A DNA stretch of 64,000 bases from Hanamia sp. Lineage in GTDB: Bacteria > Bacteroidota > Bacteroidia > Chitinophagales > Chitinophagaceae. A program made the position numbers and the translations under genes. Below are positions 10,940-21,330 of the stretch, piece by piece. How positions within the stretch are numbered: the stretch's first letter is position 1; each line of letters starts with the position of its first letter. Under the pieces are notes generated by a model. It was not told where the DNA came from. It was given only the letters and a program-made list of their open reading frames with translations, and ran no database searches. The DNA lies in assembly GCA_965217965.1 (NCBI GenBank), contig CBDCJQ010000002.1, positions 139,225 to 203,224 on the forward strand, read 5' to 3'.

Positions 10940-11135
10940 ATGGAAAGAAAGAATTAAAATTGAAAAGTGGTCGAATGAGAGAAAAGGTAAAATAAAAAAG
11001 GTCTATGTCGATCTTAAATTTAAATTTACTTTAGTGATGATGATTTAATATGAAGAAGGTAAAGACGATGAACTAATAGGAGGGATACAGCAAAAAATGA
11101 GGTAACATTAAAGAAGATATTATAGGCTGGATATA
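10940..11135 (+). pseudogene. Degraded CsbD-family stress gene
   Basis: Pieces in different frames: KGKIKKVYVDL / YEEGKDDELIGGIQQK / KEDIIGWI, broken by stops and frameshifts. Confidence 0.6.
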
Positions 11136-11179
11136 AAATTTATCATTATTATTCTATTTCCATTTTAAAAAAGCTAAAC

Positions 11180-11210
11180 CCTGTTGCCTCTCTTGCAGCA
11201 GGTTTTTTTT
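11180..11210 (+). terminator. Intrinsic terminator
   Basis: CCTGTTGC-N7-GCAGCAGG stem followed by T8. Confidence 0.7.
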
Positions 11211-11446
11211 GCCCCTTGTTATGGTAATAAGCAACCAATTTTCTTTATATGTAAAATTGGGATTTCAGTTTCTAATTATTTTTTATCTGCTTATTTATCA
11301 ATGTTGCGCAAAATATTTTAATATCTTTCGCCTTCACAATTTTATTAACGGTGTTACTTCTTCCGCGGGTACAGTTTTTTGAGAAACGTAAATTATCAAG
11401 AATATTATCTATTGCAATTACTATTTCACTTGCCTTAAGCCACTAC

Positions 11447-14400
11447 TTAAAACCAGCTTCCTGCCCACCTTTCATTCGTATCCTTATTAATTTTTCTCCT
11501 TCTTCTTGCTGCTTGCTTACGATGAATAAATGCTGTAACCGCCATCAACGGCATGAACAAAAAGGTAAATGGCGGAATACCCATCATGGAGATCCATTTG
11601 CCACCGTACTGCCTGCGCATCGGGCGTTTCAGCCTTTCAGCAATCAGGTACATGCTCGGTACCATTATAAGCGTCATGAAAAAAGCAAAGGCAAGCCCGA
11701 ATATGATCGTCCATGAAAGCGGCTTCCAGAACTGAGCACTGTCGCCACCAAAAAATATGTGGGGATTAAGTTTTGAGAATAAAGTAACAAAATTAATGTT
11801 GAAACCGATCGCTAAGGGAACTAACGCAAGTATAGCAGCAAGCGCCGTTAGCATTACAGGAATGATCCTTGTTTTACCGGCTTGTATCACGGCTTCTCTC
11901 GTCTTCATTCCGCGGCTGCGCAATTCATCGGCAAATTCTATTACCAAAATACCATTCTTCACTACAATACCGGCGAGCCCAACTACGCCGAGGCCAGTCA
12001 TTACTACAGACACTTCCATACCGGTGATCGCAAAACCAAGTAATACACCAATCACACTAAAGATGATCTCCGTTAAGATGATTACCGACTTACTTACTGA
12101 ATTGAACTGCAACACTAATATGATGAGAATGCCCATAAGCGCATAAATAAGCGCCTGCAGGAGGAATGCCCCTGTCTCGGCCTGTTGTGCTCCCTCACCC
12201 GTTTGACTGATGGTAACACCCGGCTCGAAATTATTAAAATTATCAATGGCTGCTTTGATCTTTTCATTTACCGCAGTAGGCGTATAATCCGTAAGCACAT
12301 TCGAAAATAATGTTATTACGCGCTTTACATTTTTCCTTTTTATACTTCCATAAGTACTTGTATAATCCACATCAACCAAACTGCTGATAGGAATTTGTTT
12401 TACGGCGCCCCCAGCTGCCTGGTCACGAAATACCACCTTCATATTCAATAATTCAGACAAACTCTGGCGTTGCACTTCATTGTTGCGCAGCTGTATCTTA
12501 TATTCATCTTCGCCGTCTTTTATTTTAGACACTTCTCTACCAAACAAAGCCGTACGCAACTGCTGCCCTATCTGCGCTGTTGATACGCCCGCTATTTGCG
12601 CACGCTCCCTGTTGATCTTTAAACTAATTTCCGGATTGGTAAGGTCAACATCCATTTTCAATTCTTCCACGCCTGGTATCTTCATGCTGTCCAAATATCT
12701 TTTCAAAGCCTTTGCCGTTGAAGTAAGCTTATCGAAGTCTTCACTTTGTATCTCGATATTTATCGGCGGGTCAGTCGGTGGCCCGTTTTGCTCCTGCGCA
12801 ACGGATATCTGTGCACCGGGAACTCCTCTCATGGCATTTCTTATAGAATCAAGATACGGTTCAGTTGAGTGCCCCTCTCTTTTTTCGTATTCAACAAAAG
12901 ATACCTGCACCCTTCCAAGGTTTGGTTGTGTGCTGCGATCACCACTGGAGGGATCAGATGCACCAACGGCCACGTTTGAAATGACACTTTCCACTATCGG
13001 GTTCGGCCTACCATCTGAGCCGTCAAGCACTTTCATCACCCTGTTTTCCAAGTTCTTTGTAATTGAATCAGTATAATCAACACTCGTACCTACAGGCATT
13101 TTTAAATACACATAAATAAAATTCGGATCTCCTTTTGGAAAGAAAACAACCGGCACCTGCCTTACCATAAAAAGTAAAACAGAAAAAATCAGTAAGCCAA
13201 AAGTTCCCAATAAAAGCCAAACAGGTTTCCACCCGGTAAGCGCCCAATTCAACAGCTTTTCGTACCGGGCCATGATAGCAGGCAGCACCTTGTTTTGAAA
13301 AGTATGGATCAACCCATCGAATATGTACGTGTTCATTACCACCAGCAATGAAAAGAGGATAAGAATGTTACCTAAGAAAGGAACGCCGGCGAGATCAAAT
13401 AAAATGCCCGCGCCAAGTGGTATCCAAAAAGCAGGACGCTTGAAGACATCAGACTTTCTTTTTACATGGGCATCCTCCGGATGATTCATAAAGTCAACAG
13501 CAAATACCGGGTTCATAATGAAGGCCACGATCAACGATGCAGTCAAGGTAAATATGAGCATCGTAGGCAGGTAGATCATAAATTTACCAATGATACCAGG
13601 CCAGAAAAGTAATGGGACAAAAGGCGCAAGCGTGGTAAGTGTACCCGAAAGCACCGGCACAAAAATCTCTCCCGCGGCCATTCTTGCTGATTCCATCGCC
13701 GATAGCTTGCCTTTGTTTTCTGTAAATATTCGGTGAGTATTTTCAATAACCACAATAGCATCGTCCACTATAATTCCCAGCCCAAACAACAGGGCGAAGA
13801 GCACCATGAAATTCAACGTAACATCTGCACCGGTAATCCACGCCGCTGCCGGCAAAAACATAAACGCCACAAACATGCTCAGCGGTACGGATAAGGCTAC
13901 AAAGAATGCATTGGTAACGCCCATGAAGAACATAAGGATGAGCAGCACTAAAATAAAGCCTATAACAATTGAGTTTACAAGATCATTGAAAGAAGTTCGT
14001 GTAGCACGGCTTTGATCACCTGTAATTACTACTTTTAAATTTGGAGGAAAGAGGTTTCCCCGCATTTCCTCAACCGTTTTCTTCACATCATCAGAGGTCT
14101 CTATTAGGTTTTCGCCTGAACGCTTGATGATATTTAGTGTCACCACATTTTTCCCATTTAGCCGGGCGTAGCTTTCACTGTTTTTAACGGTGTCTTTTAT
14201 GGTTGCGATATCTTTTAAATAGATGGGCTGGCCGCCGGTATTGCGCACAATTATTTGTTCTATATCAAACATATTTTTGAACTGGCCTTTCACCTGCAAG
14301 GTTCTTTTCATATTCCCCATATCGATAAGGCCACCTGATATATCAGCGTTTTCTCTTTGAACCGCGCCTGCTATATCATCAAAGGTTACATTGGCGCTTT

Positions 14401-15022
14401 GCATTTTATAGTTGTCCACGTTTATCTGGAACTCCCTTTCCGGCGCACCCACTATATCCACTCTTGTCAACTGCGGCAATTCTTCCAACTTATCCTGCGC
14501 ATCATCTGCAAATTTTTTGAGGCTTACCATATTGAAATCGCCGCTAAGATTCACATACATAATGGGCTGCTCACTAAAACTTACTTCCTGCACTTTCGGG
14601 TCTTCAGTAAGGTCTGTAGGTAAATCTATTTTTGCTTTATCAACAGCGTCTTTTGTTTTTTGCAGCGCTACTTCTTTTGCTACATCAGTTTCAAACTCTA
14701 CGGTAATGGCAGAAAAGTCCTGCAGAGAAGTACTGGTGATCTTATTGATTTTTGCCCCGGTAATTCCCTTTAATTGCTTCTCAATCGGCCGTGTTACAAG
14801 GTTTTCAACGTCGCGGGGAGAGTTACCCACGTACAACGTTTGTACGAAAATAGTAGGGATCACTATATCAGGAAATTGCTCTTTAGGCAGCGTAGCAAAC
14901 TTATTGATACCTACCAGCGATACAAAAATTATCAGCAGATAGATAGAAGCTTTATTACTGATTGCCCAGCTTGTAGGTTTAAATTCTTTTATTTTTGGTT
15001 GAAATTTTTCCCGTAAACTCAT
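11447..15022 (-). CDS. RND efflux pump permease (AcrB/AcrD/AcrF family)
   Basis: LPKEQFPDI, GIIVDDAIVVIEN, GIVVKNGIL, RIIPVMLT; two TM bundles. Confidence 0.95.
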   Translation of the reverse strand: MSLREKFQPKIKEFKPTSWAISNKASIYLLIIFVSLVGINKFATLPKEQFPDIVIPTIFVQTLYVGNSPRDVENLVTRPIEKQLKGITGAKINKITSTSLQDFSAITVEFETDVAKEVALQKTKDAVDKAKIDLPTDLTEDPKVQEVSFSEQPIMYVNLSGDFNMVSLKKFADDAQDKLEELPQLTRVDIVGAPEREFQINVDNYKMQSANVTFDDIAGAVQRENADISGGLIDMGNMKRTLQVKGQFKNMFDIEQIIVRNTGGQPIYLKDIATIKDTVKNSESYARLNGKNVVTLNIIKRSGENLIETSDDVKKTVEEMRGNLFPPNLKVVITGDQSRATRTSFNDLVNSIVIGFILVLLILMFFMGVTNAFFVALSVPLSMFVAFMFLPAAAWITGADVTLNFMVLFALLFGLGIIVDDAIVVIENTHRIFTENKGKLSAMESARMAAGEIFVPVLSGTLTTLAPFVPLLFWPGIIGKFMIYLPTMLIFTLTASLIVAFIMNPVFAVDFMNHPEDAHVKRKSDVFKRPAFWIPLGAGILFDLAGVPFLGNILILFSLLVVMNTYIFDGLIHTFQNKVLPAIMARYEKLLNWALTGWKPVWLLLGTFGLLIFSVLLFMVRQVPVVFFPKGDPNFIYVYLKMPVGTSVDYTDSITKNLENRVMKVLDGSDGRPNPIVESVISNVAVGASDPSSGDRSTQPNLGRVQVSFVEYEKREGHSTEPYLDSIRNAMRGVPGAQISVAQEQNGPPTDPPINIEIQSEDFDKLTSTAKALKRYLDSMKIPGVEELKMDVDLTNPEISLKINRERAQIAGVSTAQIGQQLRTALFGREVSKIKDGEDEYKIQLRNNEVQRQSLSELLNMKVVFRDQAAGGAVKQIPISSLVDVDYTSTYGSIKRKNVKRVITLFSNVLTDYTPTAVNEKIKAAIDNFNNFEPGVTISQTGEGAQQAETGAFLLQALIYALMGILIILVLQFNSVSKSVIILTEIIFSVIGVLLGFAITGMEVSVVMTGLGVVGLAGIVVKNGILVIEFADELRSRGMKTREAVIQAGKTRIIPVMLTALAAILALVPLAIGFNINFVTLFSKLNPHIFFGGDSAQFWKPLSWTIIFGLAFAFFMTLIMVPSMYLIAERLKRPMRRQYGGKWISMMGIPPFTFLFMPLMAVTAFIHRKQAARRRRKINKDTNERWAGSWF

Positions 15023-15063
15023 AATAGTTACATTGATATTTTATCGAAATTAACTTCGAATAG

Positions 15064-16278
15064 TTATGCGTTTGTTGTGGTTATTAATTGCCCGTCATAC
15101 ACTGATTGGTAGCCTTCTGTTATTAATTGATCGCCTTCCTTCAAGCCCTGTTTTATTTCTATTTTATCGCCATATAATTGGCCAATAACTACTTTACGTT
15201 TTCTTGCCACAAGCTTATCACCTTCTTTCGCAGCAACCAGCACATATTTCCCTTCTTCATCATTTTGTAAAGTGTTTACATTTATTACCACGGTATTTGG
15301 CTGTGAGTAGTCAAGAATTTTTACCATTGCAATTTGGTTGGGCCGCAAAGCCACACCTGACGGCACTTTAGCTTCAGCAGTAAATCCCCTTGAATTAGTA
15401 CCTATAGATTGGCTGATAAATGAAATGGTAGAGCTAAAAGATTTATTTACATCGGGTATTTGAATTTCCACCGCGGTACCTTTTGAAATTTTGCCTGCAT
15501 AATTTTCAGGGACTACGACAGTAATTTTCAGATCGCTTTTATTTACAATTTTTATATAGCCACCTTGTGAAGGGTTGCCATTAAAAGTTTCGCCCACATG
15601 TGCAGTTACCTCGTCCACTACTCCATTTACATCACTATAAACGTTACTTTGATTTGCTACAGCCTGGGCTGAATTCACATTTGCATTAATAGCTTTCAAT
15701 TGATTTTCCAATGATTCAACTTGTGTTTTTGCCTGCAGTAATTGTACCTCTGTTCCTATGTGCTGATCCCAAAGATTTTTTTGCCTTGCATACACTGACT
15801 TAGCTAAATCAAGCTGCGCTTTCAGGCTGCCCGTTTGCTCGCGGATTGCGTTCACATTTTCCGTGGCAACCGAATTATCAAGCCTTAATATCAGTTGGCC
15901 TTTGTGCACCTGGTCGCCTTGTTTTACATAAATAGCTTTTATCTGGCCACCCTGGTTGCTGGGTGTTATGTAAGAAATATTTTTAGCATCCACTGTACCC
16001 TGTAAGTCTAAGTAATGCTTAAAGTCTTCTGTTTTCAACGTTGAAAGTGCCACAAGTTTCGGATCTTCCTGCACAGTTGCGCCGGTGTCGAGTTTCGCGA
16101 TTTCTTTTTCAAGATTCGTGATCTGCACGTCAAGTTTATCCTTGTCAACTTTAAGTTTTTGCAGCTCGGCTTTTTTGTCGTTCAATGCACCATCTTTTTC
16201 TTTCTTGCCGGTATTGCCGCATGAAGCAGCCATTACCAGGAAAAGTATCATCAGGCCAAGTCTTGTTATTTTTTGCAT
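15064..16278 (-). CDS. RND periplasmic adaptor (membrane fusion protein), lipoprotein
   Basis: Lipobox MAASC, coiled coil, biotinyl-lipoyl-like GGQIKAIYVKQGDQV. Confidence 0.92.
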   Translation of the reverse strand: MQKITRLGLMILFLVMAASCGNTGKKEKDGALNDKKAELQKLKVDKDKLDVQITNLEKEIAKLDTGATVQEDPKLVALSTLKTEDFKHYLDLQGTVDAKNISYITPSNQGGQIKAIYVKQGDQVHKGQLILRLDNSVATENVNAIREQTGSLKAQLDLAKSVYARQKNLWDQHIGTEVQLLQAKTQVESLENQLKAINANVNSAQAVANQSNVYSDVNGVVDEVTAHVGETFNGNPSQGGYIKIVNKSDLKITVVVPENYAGKISKGTAVEIQIPDVNKSFSSTISFISQSIGTNSRGFTAEAKVPSGVALRPNQIAMVKILDYSQPNTVVINVNTLQNDEEGKYVLVAAKEGDKLVARKRKVVIGQLYGDKIEIKQGLKEGDQLITEGYQSVYDGQLITTTNA

Positions 16279-16308
16279 TGTATTTAGATTAAATGATTGA
16301 GATTTTTT

Positions 16309-17739
16309 TTAAAGTTTACCGGCGGCTGTTAAGAAATCAATTTTAGCAATTATCGCATCATACAGAGAACTGTAATAATTATTTTGAGCCGTTACCAGGT
16401 CTGTTTGTGCCTGATTGATTTCCTGGTTACTGCCCAGGCCCTGGTCGTATTTTAATTTGGTTGTGTTATAAACCTGCTGAGCAAGCTCAATATTTTGCTT
16501 TTGGTTATCGAGTGTATATAAAGCAGTTTTTAAATTGATTCTGGATTGAGTGACATCATTATCAATAGAAGCCTGTAAGCTATCACGATTATTATATGTT
16601 TTTGAAAGGCTAAGCCTTGCAGAAGCAATTCTTGCATTTCTTGCACCACCATCAAAAATGGGCACGTTTAACCTAAGTGCTATGAATGAAGAAGTAAAAT
16701 ACGGGCCTTTAAAGAAATCAAACTGCTGCCTTTGTGCGCTTTTGCTATAATTGGCAGCCAGCGCAAGGGTAGGTATTTTACTAAGCTGGTATCTTTTTAT
16801 ATTATACTTCCCCAGGTCTATAAAATTATCAACAAGCTGGTATTCCTTTCTATCTTCATAGTTATAATCTTCATCAAGAATATTTGATTTTATTTCTTCA
16901 TCTGATAAAGTATCTGTAAGAACTAAAATGTCTTTTTGAGGCATCTTCATTAGAAACTTGAGCCCAGCTGTTCCGGCATCAACCTGGCTTTGCGCTTTTA
17001 GCTTTTGCGTTTGAAGGTTACTTAGCTGCACCTGTACTTTATCAACGTCGAGTTTTTCTGCGAAGCCATTTTGAAAAATTATTTTGGTATCATGAAGCAA
17101 TTTTTGATAGTTCACAATATTTGTATCAATAGATGAAATTTGTCTTTTTGCTACTGCAAGCTGGTAATATATTTTATAAACGTTCGTTTTAATCCGCTCT
17201 TTAGTAACATCAGCTATTAACTCAGCATTTTGAATCAAAGACTTTCTTGCCAGCAAGCCTACAAAAACCTGCCCGTCAAATAGAATCTGGTTCAAATCAA
17301 CACCTCCGGATACAGAATATTTAGACCCGAAGGCTGCGTTTATTACGCCAAAATCTGAAGGAGAAACTATAGGGTTTCCGCTTCCGTCTTTTACATTATT
17401 TGCAGCAAGCACACCATAAGTACCCGCAGCAATAAAGTTAGGAAAGGTCTGCACTGCCACATTAGGATTATAGTTAGCGCTTCCACTGCCTGTAATTTGC
17501 GGGAAAGCGGAAGCAGTTACTTCCCTGTTTTGTTGTCGCTGAAGTTTGATATCTATTAAAGCATTTTTCACCTGCGTAGCATTTTGCAATGCATAATCAA
17601 CGGCTTGCTTTGCGGTGAAAGCATTTATATGTGTAGCCGTATCCGTTTGTGCAACCGCAATAAAATTTATACCGCTTAGTAGGCAACTAAAAATAACAGC
17701 AGTAATTTTTTTTGTTTTCATTGTACTTTTTTTATTCAT
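16309..17739 (-). CDS. TolC family outer membrane efflux protein
   Basis: Signal peptide, two OEP repeats, operon position; start may be the downstream MKTKK Met. Confidence 0.92.
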   Translation of the reverse strand: MNKKSTMKTKKITAVIFSCLLSGINFIAVAQTDTATHINAFTAKQAVDYALQNATQVKNALIDIKLQRQQNREVTASAFPQITGSGSANYNPNVAVQTFPNFIAAGTYGVLAANNVKDGSGNPIVSPSDFGVINAAFGSKYSVSGGVDLNQILFDGQVFVGLLARKSLIQNAELIADVTKERIKTNVYKIYYQLAVAKRQISSIDTNIVNYQKLLHDTKIIFQNGFAEKLDVDKVQVQLSNLQTQKLKAQSQVDAGTAGLKFLMKMPQKDILVLTDTLSDEEIKSNILDEDYNYEDRKEYQLVDNFIDLGKYNIKRYQLSKIPTLALAANYSKSAQRQQFDFFKGPYFTSSFIALRLNVPIFDGGARNARIASARLSLSKTYNNRDSLQASIDNDVTQSRINLKTALYTLDNQKQNIELAQQVYNTTKLKYDQGLGSNQEINQAQTDLVTAQNNYYSSLYDAIIAKIDFLTAAGKL

Positions 17740-18357
17740 CTAAATATTACCGGCTCTTTCTTTTTGGTATTTGGCAACAAGCTTATATCCTTTTAGGCTC
17801 ACCAGGCCAAACAAATAATATTCTATTAATTGTTGCTCAAGAAACACGAGACTGTATTTGCTTTTAGGAAAAAGATTTTCATTGAAAGGCATCATCATTG
17901 TTTCCAGCCGCACGGTAGCCACTACATCGGTGTTTATTTCGGGCCGGTAAAGCTCTTCCCGTTTTCCTCTTTCAATATTTTCTTTTACCAGGTGAAAAAG
18001 AAAATTGTACTTGTGTTTTTTAAATTTTTCGTAAGTAGCGGGGTGATTTCTTTCCATATCAAACAAAATAGAGGGGTTCATATTTTCGAACATGGACTCC
18101 AACATTTCCATAGCGAGGTAAACTTCTTCTATGGCATTTTGAGCGGTTGCTTTATCTTTTTTGCAACAATCTTTATTATAGTTGAGCAGATCAACTATCA
18201 CGGCATCTACCAACTCATTCTTATCAGAAAAAGACTGATATATAGTTTTTTTTGAAACACCCAACTGCGAAGCGATTTCATCCATTGTTACTGATTTTAT
18301 ACCATAGCGGCGGTACAATTCATCAGCTTTTTGTTTTATTCTTTCCTTAATCTCCAT
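17740..18357 (-). CDS. TetR/AcrR family regulator
   Basis: VTMDEIASQLGVSKKTIYQSF HTH. Confidence 0.95.
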   Translation of the reverse strand: MEIKERIKQKADELYRRYGIKSVTMDEIASQLGVSKKTIYQSFSDKNELVDAVIVDLLNYNKDCCKKDKATAQNAIEEVYLAMEMLESMFENMNPSILFDMERNHPATYEKFKKHKYNFLFHLVKENIERGKREELYRPEINTDVVATVRLETMMMPFNENLFPKSKYSLVFLEQQLIEYYLFGLVSLKGYKLVAKYQKERAGNI

Positions 18358-18372
18358 GAGGGCGCAAAACTA

Positions 18373-18402
18373 TGGAAACTTTTAATGTTACCAAAGTTTC
18401 CA
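18373..18402. promoter_or_regulatory. Candidate TetR operator palindrome
   Basis: TGGAAACTTT-N10-AAAGTTTCCA, perfect 10-bp inverted repeat beginning 16 bp upstream of the tetR start. Confidence 0.55.
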
Positions 18403-18666
18403 ATATTAAATTTTTATTAAGAGCGGGATTTTGGGGATGAATGGTAGTGGGGTGACCGTATAAATACGATTGCATAAAGAGTCAAATCCGTTAGTTATAC
18501 TAAATTTAATTTCTCCAATTACAAATCACTGAGGAATAAATTTCGTAGGAGGCTTAGCAACTGTTCTTAAAAGGAGTGAGAGATGTGTAAAAGATTTCTT
18601 TGTGCCATCGGCTTCAGACAGGATTTTAAGAATATTTATTATACCTTACAAACTTTCAAAAAAGCA

Positions 18667-19114
18667 ATGAAATGCCAGGCAGATATAGAACTTTTAGCAG
18701 GTGAAAAAATGAAGGATGCGGAATGTCTTTTTGCAAATAAAGTATGAGGGGGCATATTACCTGGCAGGGTATGCCGTAGAATTATTATTAAAGGCAAAAG
18801 TTTGCAAAAACTTAGGAATTGAGGATTTTTTTAATTTTAATAATCCCAAAAGAACAAAGTTATCGGTTAAAAATCCAGACAATTTATACAAGTCATATAA
18901 AGTTCACGACCTATCACAATTAGTTATTTTATCAGGAGTATATATGGATTTTCAAAATGATATGATTACAGATAATGAGTTAAAAGAGCATTGGTCAATT
19001 GTAAGTAAATGGGATGAAAACTCAAGGTATTTAACAGGAATAACCGACGAGGATGCAAAAAATTTTATAATTTCGATCAAGGAAATAATGAAATGGATAC
19101 AAAAGCACTTATAA
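18667..19114 (+). pseudogene. HEPN-domain gene with a frameshift near codon 26
   Basis: ATG 18667 MKCQADIELLAGEKMKDAECLFANK then TGA at 18745; continues in next frame YEGAYYLAGYAVELLLKAK..KVHDLSQL..WDENSRY. Confidence 0.7.
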
Positions 19115-19431
19115 AAAAATTAAATGAAATTTTCTGTAATTTGAACAGGGCAGAAAAGAAGTATTCAGAAGTTTGGCTTACCGACGCTGATTTTGGCGGC
19201 CTGTATTATTCAGGCCAATATGTATTAAATATCAAGGCAGAACACCAAATATATTCTTGCAGCAATGAGATAAAAAATATTATTTCTTTATTAGACAAGG
19301 AGGCGAAAGAAGAATTGAAAAATATTTGGAGAGTTGATGTTTATAATGCAGATGAGGAAATACATTGCCAGAGTGATGAAGGATTAATATACAACCAAAC
19401 TATCGCCTGTGAAAATGTAAATTCAAATTAA
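19093..19431 (+). CDS. Hypothetical protein overlapping the HEPN gene; possible partner
   Basis: 112-aa ORF overlapping the HEPN 3' end by 22 nt; acidic; no motif recognised. Confidence 0.65.
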   Translation: MDTKALIKKLNEIFCNLNRAEKKYSEVWLTDADFGGLYYSGQYVLNIKAEHQIYSCSNEIKNIISLLDKEAKEELKNIWRVDVYNADEEIHCQSDEGLIYNQTIACENVNSN

Positions 19432-19732
19432 TAATTTTTTACCTGTAAAAAATTTAATTACATATACTTTTATTTATTGATCCGAACATTTTACCTGCAC
19501 CTTCTTTAAAGCCAAACCATCACGACGATACGAAAATTCACTCTTCTTTTTATAATTTTAATCCCTTCATTTGATCCTTTCAATGGTTAAGGCAATACTG
19601 AAAGTTTAATTAGATCAAATAAAAAAATCGAACATGTTGCTAACATAATCATTCTCGTTTTATTTTACTCTTTAGTAGTTATTGTTGCGACATAAAAGTT
19701 ACATCACTTAACTTTATTCTTAATTTATCCTC

Positions 19733-20341
19733 ATGCAACCATCTGTTCGTTACCAGAAATTAATTCAATATTTTTTACAAGGTTTATTAATTCTTGGGCC
19801 TGTTTCTATTACTATTTATTTTATCTATATCATTTTTGATAAGATAGACAGCATCCTCCGGCCGGCAATTAATATTCCCGGTCTTGGCTTTATTATTATT
19901 ATCGCCTTCATTATCGTAACCGGTTATTTAAGCTCTTTCTTCGTAATGGGCCGCCTTCTTTCTATCTTAGATAAATTTCTTGAACGCACACCCGGCGTTA
20001 AGCTTTTCTATTCTTTTATAAGAGATTTTTTTGAAGCGTTCGCAGGAAATAAAAAAAAGTTTACCAATAATGTGCTGGCTTGTGTAGATGATACCAATGT
20101 ATGGCGGGTAGGGTTTATCACACAGGAAGATATGAGCAGCTTTGGTATGGAAAATTATGTAGCCGTTTACCTGCCTATGGCGTATTCCGTAGCAGGCAAT
20201 GTGTATATTGTGCCGAAAGAAAGAATAAAACCAATCGTCAATATAAGTGCTGCACAGTCTATGAAATTTGCAGTGAGCGGCGGTGTTACAGATACTGCTA
20301 CAGATTTACAGGAGGAGTTGTTACAAGATTCAATCAATTAA
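19733..20341 (+). CDS. DUF502 family membrane protein
   Basis: FLQGLL..P, RTPGVKLFYS, VGFIT, VAVYLP..G. Confidence 0.88.
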   Translation: MQPSVRYQKLIQYFLQGLLILGPVSITIYFIYIIFDKIDSILRPAINIPGLGFIIIIAFIIVTGYLSSFFVMGRLLSILDKFLERTPGVKLFYSFIRDFFEAFAGNKKKFTNNVLACVDDTNVWRVGFITQEDMSSFGMENYVAVYLPMAYSVAGNVYIVPKERIKPIVNISAAQSMKFAVSGGVTDTATDLQEELLQDSIN

Positions 20342-20355
20342 TAAATAATTCTTTC

Positions 20356-21330
20356 TTGAGAAAATTGCTGCTTTTTATTTCTCTCATTTGCATAACGTCT
20401 CAAAGTTATTGCTGGGGCTTTTTTGGTCATAAAAAAATAAATTATTTTGCTGTTTTCTTATTACCTCCGCAAATGTTGGTTTTGTATAAACCTAATATTG
20501 AATTCATAAGTGAGCATGCAGTAGATCCTGATAAAAGAAGGTATGCAGTGGCTACCGAAGCACCAAGGCATTATATTGATATTGATTACTACGGAAAATA
20601 TCCTTACACTGAATTGCCGCATAGATGGAAAGATGCTGTGGCAAAATATAGTGAGGATACATTGCAAGCTAATGGAATTGTACCCTGGCATGTACAAAAT
20701 ATGTTAGCGAGGCTAACAAATGCTTTTAAAGAAAGAAACTTTTCCTCTATTATGAAGAACAGTGCTGAAATAGGCCATTACATTGCAGATGCACATGTAC
20801 CCTTGCATGCAAGCAGCAATCATAACGGGCAGTTTACCAACCAACGGGGCATACATGGCTTTTGGGAAAGCCGCGTGCCTGAATTGCTGGCTGATAAACA
20901 GTTTGATTTTTTTATAGGCAAAGCACAGTATATTAAAAACCCCGGAGCATTTATTTGGGATCGCGTATTAGAAAGCGGTAATGAAGCTGACTCCGTTTTA
21001 AGTTTTGAAAAGAAACTTTCGCAGCAGTTTCCCGGAGATAAAAAGTATGCATTTGAAAAAAGAAACAACGTTGTTATCCGTCAATATTCTTCTGCCTATA
21101 CCATTGCTTTTAATAACATGCTGGGTGGCATGGTTGAGCGGAGAATGCGACAGTCTATTTTTGCTGTTGCTTCCTTTTGGTACACAGCATGGGTAAACGC
21201 AGGCCAGCCAGACCTTTCCTCTTTAGTAAAGCAATCTTTTACAGAAAACGATCGTAAGGAATTTGAGGCGCTGAATGAAAAATGGCAGGCCGGAAAAATT
21301 AAAGGCAGAGATCATGAGGAAGGGCAGTGA
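20356..21330 (+). CDS. S1/P1 nuclease / zinc-dependent phospholipase C family, secreted
   Basis: TTG start, signal peptide, mature WGFFGH, HYID, GHYIADAHVPLH, H..WES zinc ligands. Confidence 0.82.
   Translation: MRKLLLFISLICITSQSYCWGFFGHKKINYFAVFLLPPQMLVLYKPNIEFISEHAVDPDKRRYAVATEAPRHYIDIDYYGKYPYTELPHRWKDAVAKYSEDTLQANGIVPWHVQNMLARLTNAFKERNFSSIMKNSAEIGHYIADAHVPLHASSNHNGQFTNQRGIHGFWESRVPELLADKQFDFFIGKAQYIKNPGAFIWDRVLESGNEADSVLSFEKKLSQQFPGDKKYAFEKRNNVVIRQYSSAYTIAFNNMLGGMVERRMRQSIFAVASFWYTAWVNAGQPDLSSLVKQSFTENDRKEFEALNEKWQAGKIKGRDHEEGQ

Noticed and set aside
20101-20355. N-terminal extension of the S1/P1-like ORF
   Set aside because: Overlaps DUF502 in another frame; the signal peptide starts at TTG 20356
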